Assembly: GCF_009914755.1 (NCBI RefSeq)
Contig: NC_060934.1
Length of the DNA: 64,000 nt
Direction: 5' to 3' (one strand)
Origin: the human T2T-CHM13v2.0 reference genome, Homo sapiens
Shown: positions 38,301 through 52,500 of the stretch, in pieces
Position numbering within the stretch: the stretch's first letter is position 1
How the letters are laid out: each line of letters begins with the position of its first letter
The notes under the pieces: generated by a model
Seen by the model: the letters and a program-made list of their open reading frames with translations, nothing else
What the model was told of the DNA's origin: nothing
The model's database searches: none
Position numbers and translations under genes: made by a program

Positions 38301-41300
38301 GTTTGTGATGTGTGCGTTCAACTCACAGAGTTTAACGTTTCTTTTCATAGAGCAGTTTGGAAACACTCTCTTTGTAAAGTCTCCAAGTGGATATTTGGAG
38401 CTCTTTGAGCCCTTCGTTGGAAACGGGACTTCTTCATATAATGCTAGACAGAAGAATACTCAGTAACTTCTTTGTGCTGTGTGTATTCAACTCACAGAGT
38501 TGAACTTTTCTTTAGACAGAGCAGATTTGATACTCTCTTTTCGTGGCTTTTGCCAGAGGAGATTTCAAGTCATTGGAGGCCAATGGTAGAAAAGAAAATA
38601 TCTTCGTATAATAACTAAACAGAATCATTCTCAGAAACTTCTTTGTGATGTGTGCGTTCAACTCACAGAGTTTAACCTTTCTTTTCATAGAGCAGGTTAG
38701 AAGCACTCTCTTTGTAAAGTCTGCAAGCAGATATTTGGACCTTTTTGAGGCCTTCGTTGGAAACGGGATTTCTTCATATACTGCTAGACAGAAGAATTCT
38801 CAGTAACTTCTTTGTGTTGTGTGTATTCAACTCACAGAGTTTAACCTTCCTTTATTCGGAGCAGTTTTGAAACACTCTTTTTGTGGAATTTGCAAGTGGA
38901 GATTTCAAGCGATTTGAGGGCAATCTTAGAAATGGAAATATCTTCGAATTAATACTACACAGAATCGTTCGCAGAAACTAGCTTGTGATGTGTGCGTTCA
39001 ACTCACAGAGTTTAACGTTTCTTTTCATAGAGCAGTTTGGAAACGCTCTCTTTGTAAAGTCTCCAAGTGGATATTTGGAGCTCTTTGAGCCCTTCGTTGG
39101 AAACGGGACTTCTTCATATAATGCTAGACAGAAGAATACTCAGTAACTTCTTTGTGCTGTGTGTATTCAACTCACAGAGTTGAACTTTTCTTTAGACAGA
39201 GCAGATTTGATACTCTCTTTTCGTGGCTTTTGCCAGAGGAGATTTCAACTCATTGGAGGCCAATGGTAGGAAAGAAAATATCTTCGTATAATAACTAAAC
39301 AGAATCATTCTCAGAAGCTTCTTTGTGATGTGTGCGTTCAACTCACAGAGTTTATCCTTTCTTTTCATAGAGCAGGTTGGAAGCACTCTCTTTGTAAAGT
39401 CTGCAAGCAGATATTTGGACCTTTTTGAGGCCTTCGTTGGAAACGGGATTTCTTCATATACTGCTAGACCGAAGAATTCTCAGTAACTTCTTTGGGTTGT
39501 GTGTATTCAATTCACAGAGTTGAACCTTTCTTTAGACCGAGCAGATTTGAAACTCTCCTTTCGTTGCTTTTGCAAGTGGAGATTTCAAGCGATTTGAGGC
39601 CAATTGTAGAAAAGGAAATATCTTCGTATAAAAACTAGACAGAACAATTCTCAGAAACTGCTCTGTGATTTGTGCGTTCAACTCACAGATTTTAAACTTT
39701 CTTTTCATAGAGCAGTTTGGAAACACTCTTTTTGTAAAGTCTGCAAGCGGATATTTGGACCTCTTTCAGGCCTTCTTTGTAAACGGGATTTCTCCATATA
39801 CTGCTAGCCCGAAGAATTTTCAGTAACTACTTTGTGTTGTGTGTATTCAACTCACAGATTTGAACCTTTCTTTAGACAGAGCAGATTTGAAACGCTCTTT
39901 TCGTGGCTTTTGCAAGTAAAGATTTCAAGCGATTTGAGGCCAATGGTAGAAAAGGAAATATCTTCGTATAAAAACTAGACAGAATCGTTCTCAGAATCTA
40001 CTTTGTGATGTGTGCGTGCAACTCACGGAGATTAACCTTTCTTTTCATAGAGAAGTTTGGAAAGAGTCTGTCTGTAAGGTCTGCAAGTGGATATTTAGAT
40101 TTCTGTGAGGCCTTCGTTGCAAACGGGGTTTCTTCATATACTGCCCGACAGAAGAATTCTGTTACTACTTTCTGTTGTGTGCATTCAACTCACAGAGTTG
40201 AACCTTCCTATATTCAGAGCAGTTTTGAAACACTCTTTTTGTGGAATTTGCAAGTGGAGATTTCAAGGGATTTGAGGCCAATCTTAGAAATGGAAATATC
40301 TTCGAATTAAAACTACACAGAATCATTCGCAGAAACTAGTTTGTGATGTGTGCGTTCAACTCACACAGTTTAACGTTTCTTTTCATAGAGCAGTTTGGAA
40401 ACGCTGTCTTTGTAAAGTCTGCAAGTGGATATTAGGACCTCTTTGAGGCCTTCGTTGGAAACGGGATTTCCTCCTATAATGCTAGACAGAAGAATTCCCA
40501 GTCACTTCTTTGTGTTGTGTGCATTCAACTCAGAGATTTGAACCTTCCTTTAGAGAGAGCACATTTGAAACACTCTTTTTGTGTAATTTGCTAGTGCAGA
40601 TTTCAAGCTCTTCGAGGACAATGGTAGGAAAGGAAATATCTTTGTATTAAAACTAGACAAAATCATTCTCAGAAACTACTTTGTGATGTGTGCGTTCCAC
40701 TCACAGACTTTAACCTTTCTTTTAATTGAGCAGTTTGGAAACACTCTCTTTGTAAAGTCTGCAGTAGGATATTTGGACCTCTTTGAGGCCTTCGTTGGAA
40801 ACGGGATTTCTTCATATAATGCTAGATAGAAGAATTCTCAGTAACTTGTTTGTGTTGTGTGTATTCAACTAACAGAGTTGAACCTTCCTTTAGAAAGAGC
40901 AGTTTTCAAACACTCTGTTTGTGTAATTTCCAATGGAGATTTCTAGGGATTTGAGGCCAGTCTTAGAAATGGAAATATCTTTGTATAAAAACTAGACAGT
41001 GTCATTCTGAGATACTACCTTGTGATGTGTGCGTTCAACTCACAGAGTTTAACCTTTCTTTTCATAGAGCAGTTTGGAAACACTCTATTTGTAAAGTCTG
41101 CAAGTGGATATTTGGACCTCTTTGAGGCCTTCGTTGGAAACGGGATTTCTTCCTATAATGCTAGACAGAAGTATTCTCAGTCACTTCTTTGTGTTGTGTG
41201 CATTCAACTCAGAGATTTGAACCTTCCTTTAGAGAGAGCACATTTGAAACACTCTATTTGTGTAATTTGCTAGTACAGATTTCAAGCTCTTCGAGGACAA

Positions 41301-43550
41301 TGGTAGAAAAGGAAATATCTTCGTATGAAAACTAGACAAAATCATTCCCAGAAACTACTTTGTGATGTGTGCGTTCCACTCACAGAGTTTAACCTTTCTT
41401 TTAATTGAGCAGTTTGGAAACACTATTTTTGTAAAGTCTGCAAGTGGATATTTGGACTTCTTTGAGCCCTTCGTTGGAAACGGGATTTCTCCATATACTG
41501 CTAGACCGAAGCATTTTCAGTAACTACTTTGTGTTGTGTGTATTCAACTCACAGATTTGAACCTTTCTTTAGACAGAGCAGATTTGAAACGCTCTTCTCG
41601 TGGCTTTTGCATGTGGAGGTTTCAAACGATTTGAGGCCAATGGTAGAAAAGGAAATATCTTCGTATAAATACTAGAGAGAATCATTCTCAGAAATTACTT
41701 TGTGATGTGTGCGTGCAACTCACGGAGATTAACCTTTCTTTTCATAGAGCAGTTTGGAAAGACTCTGTCTGTAAGGTCTGCAAGTGGATATTTAGATTTC
41801 TGTGAGGCCTTCGTTGCAAACGGGATTTCTTCATATACTCACAGACAGAAGAATTCTCAGTAACTATTTGTGTTGTGTGCATTCAACTCACGGAGTTGAA
41901 CCTTCCTTTATTCGGAGCAGTTTTGAAACACTCTTTTTGTGGAATTTGCAAGTGGAGATTTCAAGGGATTTGAGGCCAATCTTAGAAATGGAAATATCTT
42001 CGAATTAAAACTACACAGAATCGTTCGCAGAAACTAGTTTGTGATGTGTGCGTTCAACTCACAGAGTTTAACGTTTCTTTTCATAGAGCAGTTTGGAAAT
42101 GCTCTCTTTGTAAAGTCTCCAAGTGGATATTTGGAGCTCTTTGAGCCCTTCGTTGGAAACGGGACTTCTTCATATAATGCTAGACAGAAGAATACTCAGT
42201 AACTTCTTTGTGCTGTGTGTATTCAACTCACAGAGTTGAACTTTTCTTTAGACAGAGCAGATTTGATACTCTCTTTTCGTGGCTTTTGCCAGAGGAGATT
42301 TCAAGTCATTGGAGGCCAATGGTAGAAAAGAAAATATCTTCGTATAATAACTAAACAGAATCATTCTCAGAAACTTCTTTGTGATGTGTGCGTTCAACTC
42401 ACAGAGTTTAACCTTTCTTTTCATAGAGCACGTTAGAAGCACTCTCTTTGTAAAGTCTGCAAGCAGATATTTGGACCTTTTTGAGGCCTTCGTTGGAAAC
42501 GGGATTTCTTCATATACTGCTAGACCAAAGAATTCTCAGTAACTTCTTTGGGTTGTGTGTATTCAATTCACAGAGTTGAACCTTTCTTTCGACAGAGCAG
42601 ATTTGAAACTCTCCTTCCGTTGCTTTTGCAAGTGGAGATTTCAAGCGATATGAGACCAATGGTAGAAAAGGAAATATCTTCGTACAAAAACTAGACAGAA
42701 CAATTCTCAGAAACTACTCTGTGATGTGTGCGTGCAACTCACAGAGATTAACCTTTCTTTTCATACAGCAGTTTGGAAAGACTCTGTCTGTAAAGTCTGT
42801 AAGTGGATATTTGGACATCTTTGAGGCCTTCGTTGGAAACGGGATTTCTTCATATACTGCTAGACAGAAGAATTCTCAGTAACTTCTTTGTGTTGTGTGT
42901 ATTCAACTCACAGAGTTAAACCTTCCTTTATTAGGAGCAGTTTTGAAACACTCTTTTTGTGGAATTTGCAAGTGGAGATTTCAAGCGATTTGAGGGCAAT
43001 CTTAGAAATGGAAATATCTTCGAATTAGTACTACACAGAATCGTTCGCAGAAACTAGTTTGTGATGTGTGCGTTCAACTCACAGAGTTTAACGTTTCTTT
43101 TCATAGAGCAGTTTGGAAACGCTCTCTTTGTAAAGTCTCCAAGTGGATATTTGGAGCTCTTTGAACCCTTCGTTGGAAACGGGACTTCTTCATATAATGC
43201 TAGACAGAAGAATACTCAGTAACTTCTTTGTGCTGTGTGTATTCAACTCACAGAGTTGAACTTTTCTTTAGACAGAGCAGATTTGATACTCTCTTTTCGT
43301 GGCTTTTGCCAGAGGAGATTTCAAGTCATTGGAGGCCAATGGTTGGAAAGAAAATATCTTCGTATAATAACTAAACAGAATCATTCTCAGAAGCTTCTTT
43401 GTGATGTGTGCGTTCAACTCACAGAGTTTAACCTTTGTTTTCATAGAGCAGGTTGGAAGCACTCTCTTTGTAAAGTCTGCAAGCAGATATTTGGACCCTT
43501 TTGAGGCCTTCGTTGGAAACGGGATTTCTTCATATACTGCTACACCAAAG

Positions 43551-46500
43551 AATTCTCAGTAACTTCTTTAGGTTGTGTGTATTCAATTCACAGAGTTGAA
43601 ACTTTCTTTAGACCGAGCAGATTTGAAACTCTCCTTTCGTTGCTTTTGCAAGTGGAGATTTCAAGCGATTTGAGGCCAATTGTAGAAAAGGAAATATCTT
43701 CGTATAAAAACTAGACAGAACAATTCTCGGAAACTGCTCTGTGATTTGAGCGTTCAACTCACAGATTTTAAACTTTCTTTTCATAGAGCAGTTTGGAAAC
43801 ACTCTTTTTGTAAAGTCTGCAAGCGGATATTTGGACCTCTTTCAGGCCTTCTTTGGAAACGGGATTTCTCCATATACTGCTAGCCCGAAGAATTTTCAGT
43901 AACTACTTTGTGTTGTGTGTATTCAACTCACAGATTTGAACCTTTCTTTAGACAGAGCAGATTTGAAACGCTCTTCTCGTGGCTTTTGCATGTGGAGGTT
44001 TCAAACGATTTGAGGCCAATGGTAGAAAAGGAAATATCTTCGTATAAAAACTAGACAGAATCGTTCTCAGAATCTACTTTGTGATGTGTGCGTGCAACTC
44101 ACGGAGATTAACCTTTCTTTTCATAGAGAAGTTTGGAAAGAGTCTGTCTGTAAAGTCTGCAAGTGGATATTTAGATTTCTGTGAGGCCTTCGTTGCAAAC
44201 GGGATTTCTTCATATACTGCCCGACAGAAGAATTCTGTTACTACTTTCTGTTGTGTGCATTCAACTCACACAGTTGAACCTTCCTATATTCAGAGCAGTT
44301 TTGAAACACTCTTTTTGTGGAATTTGCAAGTGGAGATTTCAAGGGATTTGAGGCCAATCTTAGAAATGGAAATATCTTCGAATTAAAACTACACAGAATC
44401 ATTCGCAGAAACTAGTTTGTGATGTGTGCGTTCAACTCACAGAGTTTAACGTTTCTTTTCATAGAGCAGTTTGGAAACGCTGTCTTTGTAAAGTCTGCAA
44501 GTGGATATTAGGACCTCTTTGAGGCCTTCGTTGGAAACGGGATTTCCTCCTATAATGCTAGACAGAAGAATTCCCAGTCACTTCTTTGTGTTGTGTGCAT
44601 TCAACTCAGAGATTTGAACCTTCCTTTAGAGAGAGCACATTTGAAACACTCTTTTTGTGTAATTTGCTAGTGCAGATTTCAAGCTCTTCGAGGACAATGG
44701 TAGGAAAGGAAATATCTTTGTATTAAAACTAGACAAAATCATTCTCAGAAACTACTTTGTGATGTGTGCGTTCCACTCACAGACTTTAACCTTTCTTTTA
44801 ATTGAGCAGTTTGGAAACACTCTCTTTGTAAAGTCTGCAGTAGGATATTTGGACCTCTTTGAGGCCTTCGTTGGAAACGGGATTTCTTCATATAATGCTA
44901 GATAGAAGAATTCTCAGTAACTTGTTTGTGTTGTGTGTATTCAACTAACAGAGTTGAACCTTCCTTTAGAAAGAGCAGTTTTCAAACACTCTGTTTGTGC
45001 AATTTCCAATGGAGATTTCTAGGGATTTGAGGCCAGTCTTAGAAATGGAAATATCTTTGTATAAAAACTAGACAGTGTCATTCTGAGATACTACCTTGTG
45101 ATGTGTGCGTTCAACTCACAGAGTTTAACCTTTCTTTTCACAGAGCAGTTTGGAAACACTCTATTTGTAAAGTCTGCAAGTGGATATTTGGACCTCTTTG
45201 AGGCCTTCGTTGGAAACGGGATTTCTTCCTATAATGCTAGACAGAAATATTCTCAGTCACTTCTTTGTGTTGTGTGCATTCAACTCAGAGATTTGAACCT
45301 TCCTTTAGAGAGAGCACATTTGAAACACTCTATTTGTGTAATTTGCTAGTACAGATTTCAAGCTCTTCGAGGACAATGGTAGAAAAGGAAATATCTTCGT
45401 ATGAAAACTAGACAAAATCATTCTCAGAAACTACTTTGTGATGTGTGCGTTCCACTCACAGAGTTTAACCTTTCTTTTAATTGAGCAGTTTGGAAACACT
45501 ATTTTTGTAAAGTCTGCAAGTGGATATTTGGACTTCTTTGAGCCCTTCGTTGGAAACGGGATTTCTCCATATACTGCTAGACCAAAGCATTTTCAGTAAC
45601 TACTTTGTGTTGTGTGTATTCAACTCACAGATTTGAACCTTTCTTTAGACAGAGCAGATTTGAAACGCTCTTCTCGTGGCTTTTGCATGTGGAGGTTTCA
45701 AACGATTTGAGGCCAATGGTAGAAAAGGAAATATCTTCGTATAAAAACTAGAGAGAATCATTCTCAGAAATTACTTTGTGATGTGTGCGTGCAACTCACG
45801 GAGATTAACCTTTCTTTTCATAGAGCAGTTTGGAAAGACTCTGTCTGTAAGGTCTGCAAGTGGATATTTAGATTTCTGTGAGGCCTTCGTTGCAAACGGG
45901 ATTTCTTCATATACTCACAGACAGAAGAATTCTCAGTAACTATTTGTGTTGTGTGCATTCAACTCACGGAGTTGAACCTTCCTTTATTCGGAGCAGTTTT
46001 GAAACACTCTTTTTGTGGAATTTGCAAGTGGAGATTTCAAGGGATTTGAGGCCAATCTTAGAAATGGAAATATCTTCGAATTAAAACTACACAGAATCGT
46101 TCGCAGAAACTAGTTTGTGATGTGTGCGTTCAACTCACAGAGTTTAACGTTTCTTTTCATAGAGCAGTTTGGAAACGCTCTCTTTGTAAAGTCTCCAAGT
46201 GGATATTTGGAGCTCTTTGAGCCCTTCGTTGGAAACGGGACTTCTTCATATAATGCTAGACAGAAGAATACTCAGTAACTTCTTTGTGCTGTGTGTATTC
46301 AACTCACAGAGTTGAACTTTTCTTTAGACAGAGCAGATTTGATACTCTCTTTTCGTGGCTTTTGCCAGAGGAGATTTCAAGTCATTGGAGGCCAATGGTA
46401 GGAAAGAAAATATCTTCGTATAATAACTAAACAGAATCATTCTCAGAAGCTTCTTTGTGATGTGTGCGTTCAACTCACAGAGTTTAACCTTTCTTTTCAT

Positions 46501-49500
46501 AGAGCAGGTTGGAAGCACTCTCTTTGTAAAGTCTGCAAGCAGATATTTGGACCTTTTTGAGGCCTTCGTTGGAAACGGGATTTCTTCATATACTGCTAGA
46601 CCAAAGAATTCTCAGTAACTTCTTTTGGTTGTGTGTATGCAATTCACAGCGTTGAACCTTTCTTTAGACCGAGCAGATTTGAAACTCTCCTTTCGTTGCT
46701 TTTGCAAGTGGAGATTTCAAGCGATTTGAGGCCAATGTGTAAAAAAGGAAATATCTTCGTATAAAAACTAGACAGAACAATTCTCAGAAACTGCTCTGTG
46801 ATTTTTGCGTTCAACTCACAGATTTTAAACTTTCTTTTCATAGAGCAGTTTGGAAACACTCTTTTTGTAAAGTCTGCAAGCGGATATTTGGACCTCTTTC
46901 AGGCCTTCTTTGGAAACGGGATTTCTCCATATACTGCTAGCCCGAAGAATTTTCAGTAACTACTTTGTGTTGTGTGTATTCAACTCACAGATTTGAACCT
47001 TTCTTTAGACAGAGCAGATTTGAAACGCTCTTCTCGTGGCTTTTGCATGTGGAGGTTTCAAACGATTTGAGGCCAATGGTAGAAAAGGAAATATCTTCGT
47101 TTAAAAACTAGACAGAATCGTTCTCAGAATCTACTTTGTGATGTGTGCGTGCAACTCACGGAGATTAACCTTTCTTTTCATAGAGAAGTTTGGAAAGAGT
47201 CTGTCTGTAAAGTCTGCAAGTGGATATTTAGATTTCTGTGAGGCCTTCGTTGCAAACGGGATTTCTTCATATACTGCCCGACAGAAGAATTCTGTTACTA
47301 CTTTCTGTTGTGTGCATTCAACTCACACAGTTGAACCTTCCTATATTCAGAGCAGTTTTGAAACACTCTTTTTGTGGAATTTGCAAGTGAAGATTTCAAG
47401 GGATTTGAGGCCAATCTTAGAAATGGAAATATCTTCGAATTAAAACTACACAGAATCATTCGCAGAAACTAGTTTGTGATGTGTGCGTTCAACTCACAGA
47501 GTTTAACGTTTCTTTTCATAGAGCAGTTTGGAAACGCTGTCTTTGTAAAGTCTGCAAGTGGATATTAGGACCTCTTTGAGGCCTTCGTTGGAAACGGGAT
47601 TTCCTCCTATAATGCTAGACAGAAGAATTCCCAGTCACTTCTTTGTGTTGTGTGCATTCAACTCAGAGATTTGAACCTTCCTTTAGAGAGAGCACATTTG
47701 AAACACTCTTTTTGTGTAATTTGCTAGTGCAGATTTCAAGCTCTTCGAGGACAATGGTAGGAAAGGAAATATCTTTGTATTAAAACTAGACAAAATCATT
47801 CTCAGAAACTACTTTGTGATGTGTGCGTTCCACTCACAGACTTTAACCTTTCTTTTAATTGAGCAGTTTGGAAACACTCTCTTTGTAAAGTCTGCAGTAG
47901 GATATTTGGACCTCTTTGAGGCCTTCGTTGGAAACGGGATTTCTTCATATAATGCTAGATAGAAGAATTCTCAGTAACTTGTTTGTGTTGTGTGTATTCA
48001 ACTAACAGAGTTGAACCTTCCTTTAGAAAGAGCAGTTTTCAAACACTCTGTTTGTGCAATTTCCAATGGAGATTTCTAGGGATTTGAGGCCAGTCTTAGA
48101 AATGGAAATATCTTTGTATAAAAACTAGACAGTGTCATTCTGAGATACTACCTTGTGATGTGTGCGTTCAACTCACAGAGTTTAACCTTTCTTTTCACAG
48201 AGCAGTTTGGAAACACTCTATTTGTAAAGTCTGCAAGTGGATATTTGGACCTCTTTGAGGCCTTCGTTGGAAACGGGATTTCTTCCTATAATGCTAGACA
48301 GAAATATTCTCAGTCACTTCTTTGTGTTGTGTGCATTCAACTCAGAGATTTGAACCTTCCTTTAGAGAGAGCACATTTGAAACACTCTATTTGTGTAATT
48401 TGCTAGTACAGATTTCAAGCTCTTCGAGGACAATGGTAGAAAAGGAAATATCTTCGTATGAAAACTAGACAAAATCATTCTCAGAAACTACTTTGTGATG
48501 TGTGCGTTCCACTCACAGAGTTTAACCTTTCTTTTAATTGAGCAGTTTGGAAACACTATTTTTGTAAAGTCTGCAAGTGGATATTTAGACTTCTTTGAGC
48601 CCTTCGTTGGAAACGGGATTTCTCCATATACTGCTAGACCAAAGCATTTTCAGTAACTACTTTGTGTTGTGTGTATTCAACTCACAGATTTGAACCTTTC
48701 TTTAGACAGAGCAGATTTGAAACGCTCTTCTCGTGGCTTTTGCATGTGGAGGTTTCAAACGATTTGAGGCCAATGGTAGAAAAGGAAATATCTTCGTATA
48801 AAAACTAGAGAGAATCATTCTCAGAAATTACTTTGTGATGTGTGCGTGCAACTCACGGAGATTAACCTTTCTTTTCATAGAGCAGTTTGGAAAGACTCTG
48901 TCTGTAAGGTCTGCAAGTGGATATTTAGATTTCTGTGAGGCCTTCGTTGCAAACGGGATTTCTTCATATACTCACAGACAGAAGAATTCTCAGTAACTAT
49001 TTGTGTTGTGTGCATTCAACTCACGGAGTTGAACCTTCCTTTATTCGGAGCAGTTTTGAAACACTCTTTTTGTGGAATTTGCAAGTCGAGATTTCAAGGG
49101 ATTTGAGGCCAATCTTAGAAATGGAAATATCTTCGAATTAAAACTACACAGAATCGTTCGCAGAAACTAGTTTGTGATGTGTGCGTTCAACTCACAGAGT
49201 TTAACGTTTCTTTTCATAGAGCAGTTTGGAAACGCTCTCTTTGTAAAGTCTCCAAGTGGATATTTGGAGCTCTTTGAGCCCTTCGTTGGAAACGGGACTT
49301 CTTCATATAATGCTAGACAGAAGAATACTCAGTAACTTCTTTGTGCTGTGTGTATTCAACTCACAGAGTTGAACTTTTCTTTAGACAGAGCAGATTTGAT
49401 ACTCTCTTTTCGTGGCTTTTGCCAGAGGAGATTTCAAGTCATTGGAGGCCAATGGTAGGAAAGAAAATATCTTCGTATAATAACTAAACAGAATCATTCT

Positions 49501-52500
49501 CAGAAGCTTCTTTGTGATGTGTGCGTTCAACTCACAGAGTTTAACCTTTCTTTTCATAGAGCAGGTTGGAAGCACTCTCTTTGTAAAGTCTGCAAGCAGA
49601 TATTTGGACCTTTTTGAGGCCTTCGTTGGAAACGGGATTTCTTCATATACTGCTAGACCAAAGAATTCTCAGTAACTTCTTTTGGTTGTGTGTATGCAAT
49701 TCACAGCGTTGAACCTTTCTTTAGACCGAGCAGATTTGAAACTCTCCTTTCGTTGCTTTTGCAAGTGGAGATTTCAAGCGATTTGAGGCCAATTGTAAAA
49801 AAGGAAATATCTTCGTATAAAAACTAGACAGAACAATTCTCAGAAACTGCTCTGTGATTTTTGCGTTCAACTCACAGATTTTAAACTTTCTTTTCATAGA
49901 GCAGTTTGGAAACACTCTTTTTGTAAAGTCTGCAAGCGGATATTTGGACCTCTTTCAGGCCTTCTTTGGAAACGGGATTTCTCCATATACTGCTAGCCCG
50001 AAGAATTTTCAGTAACTACTTTGTGTTGTGTGTATTCAACTCACAGATTTGAACCTTTCTTTAGACAGAGCAGATTTGAAACGCTCTTTTCGTGGCTTTT
50101 GCAAGTAAAGATTTCAAGCGATTTGAGGCCAATGGTAGAAAAGGAAATATCTTCGTATAAAAACTAGACAGAATCGTTCTCAGAATCTACTTTGTGATGT
50201 GTGCGTGCAACTCACGGAGATTAACCTTTCTTTTCATAGAGAAGTTTGGAAAGAGTCTGTCTGTAAGGTCTGCAAGTGGATATTTAGATTTCTGTGAGGC
50301 CTTCGTTGCAAACGGGATTTCTTCATATACTGCCCGACAGAAGAATTCTGTTACTACTTTCTGTTGTGTGCATTCAACTCACAGAGTTGAACCTTCCTAT
50401 ATTCAGAGCAGTTTTGAAACACTCTTTTTGTGGAATTTGCAAGTGAAGATTTCAAGGGATTTGAGGCCAATCTTAGAAATGGAAATATCTTCGAATTAAA
50501 ACTACACAGAATCATTCGCAGAAACTAGTTTGTGATGTGTGCGTTCAACTCACAGAGTTTAACGTTTCTTTTCATAGAGCAGTTTGGAAACGCTGTCTTT
50601 GTAAAGTCTGCAAGTGGATATTAGGACCTCTTTGAGGCCTTCGTTGGAAACGGGATTTCCTCCTATAATGCTAGACAGAAGAATTCCCAGTCACTTCTTT
50701 GTGTTGTGTGCATTCAACTCAGAGATTTGAACCTTCCTTTAGAGAGAGCACATTTGAAACACTCTTTTTGTGTAATTTGCTAGTGCAGATTTCAAGCTCT
50801 TCGAGGACAATGGTAGGAAAGGAAATATCTTTGTATTAAAACTAGACAAAATCATTCTCAGAAACTACTTTGTGATGTGTGCGTTCCACTCACAGACTTT
50901 AACCTTTCTTTTAATTGAGCAGTTTGGAAACACTCTCTTTGTAAAGTCTGCAGTAGGATATTTGGACCTCTTTGAGGCCTTCGTTGGAAACGGGATTTCT
51001 TCATATAATGCTAGATAGAAGAATTCTCAGTAACTTGTTTGTGTTGTGTGTATTCAACTAACAGAGTTGAACCTTCCTTTAGAAAGAGCAGTTTTCAAAC
51101 ACTCTGTTTGTGCAATTTCCAATGGAGATTTCTAGGGATTTGAGGCCAGTCTTAGAAATGGAAATATCTTTGTATAAAAACTAGACAGTGTCATTCTGAG
51201 ATACTACCTTGTGATGTGTGCGTTCAACTCACAGAGTTTAACCTTTCTTTTCACAGAGCAGTTTGGAAACACTCTATTTGTAAAGTCTGCAAGTGGATAT
51301 TTGGACCTCTTTGAGGCCTTCGTTGGAAACGGGATTTCTTCCTATAATGCTAGACAGAAGTATTCTCAGTCACTTCTTTGTGTTGTGTGCATTCAACTCA
51401 GAGATTTGAACCTTCCTTTAGAGAGAGCACATTTGAAACACTCTATTTGTGTAATTTGCTAGTACAGATTTCAAGCTCTTCGAGGACAATGGTAGAAAAG
51501 GAAATATCTTCGTATGAAAACTAGACAAAATCATTCTCAGAAACTACTTTGTGATGTGTGCGTTCCACTCACAGAGTTTAACCTTTCTTTTAATTGAGCA
51601 GTTTGGAAACACTATTTTTGTAAAGTCTGCAAGTGGATATTTGGACTTCTTTGAGCCCTTCGTTGGAAACGGGATTTCTCCATATACTGCTAGACCGAAG
51701 CATTTTCAGTAACTACTTTGTGTTGTGTGTATTCAACTCACAGATTTGAACCTTTCTTTAGACAGAGCAGATTTGAAACGCTCTTCTCGTGGCTTTTGCA
51801 TGTGGAGGTTTCAAACGATTTGAGGCCAATGGTAGAAAAGGAAATATCTTCGTATAAAAACTAGAGAGAATCATTCTCAGAAATTACTTTGTGATGTGTG
51901 CGTGCAACTCACGGAGATTAACCTTTCTTTTCATAGAGCAGTTTGGAAAGACTCTGTCTGTAAGGTCTGCAAGTGGATATTTAGATTTCTGTGAGGCCTT
52001 CGTTGCAAACGGGATTTCTTCATATACTCACAGACAGAAGAATTCTCAGTAACTATTTGTGTTGTGTGCATTCAACTCACGGAGTTGAACCTTCCTTTAT
52101 TCGGAGCAGTTTTGAAACACTCTTTTTGTGGAATTTGCAAGTGGAGATTTCAAGGGATTTGAGGCCAATCTTAGAAATGGAAATATCTTCGAATTAAAAC
52201 TACACAGAATCGTTCGCAGAAACTAGTTTGTGATGTGTGCGTTCAACTCACAGAGTTTAACGTTTCTTTTCATAGAGCAGTTTGGAAACGCTCTCTTTGT
52301 AAAGTCTCCAAGTGGATATTTGGAGCTCTTTGAGCCCTTCGTTGGAAACGGGACTTCTTCATATAATGCTAGACAGAAGAATACTCAGTAACTTCTTTGT
52401 GCTGTGTGTATTCAACTCACAGAGTTGAACTTTTCTTTAGACAGAGCAGATTTGATACTCTCTTTTCGTGGCTTTTGCCAGAGGAGATTTCAACTCATTG

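Larger units (their letters stand above)
30991..43550 (+). repeat. Right array edge layer: 24-mer (4,077 bp), 26-mer (4,414 bp), 24-mer (4,076 bp)
   Basis: Equivalent minus-strand ORF (MFPNCSMKRKFK) at 31041, 35118, 39532, 43608. Lengths equal n x 340 minus the small deletions visible in the sequence. Confidence 0.92.

Noticed and set aside
46730-46750. Single-base insertion (gccaatgtgtaaaaaagg) making one 3,057-bp unit
   Set aside because: A private indel that cannot be told apart from a consensus error without reads.
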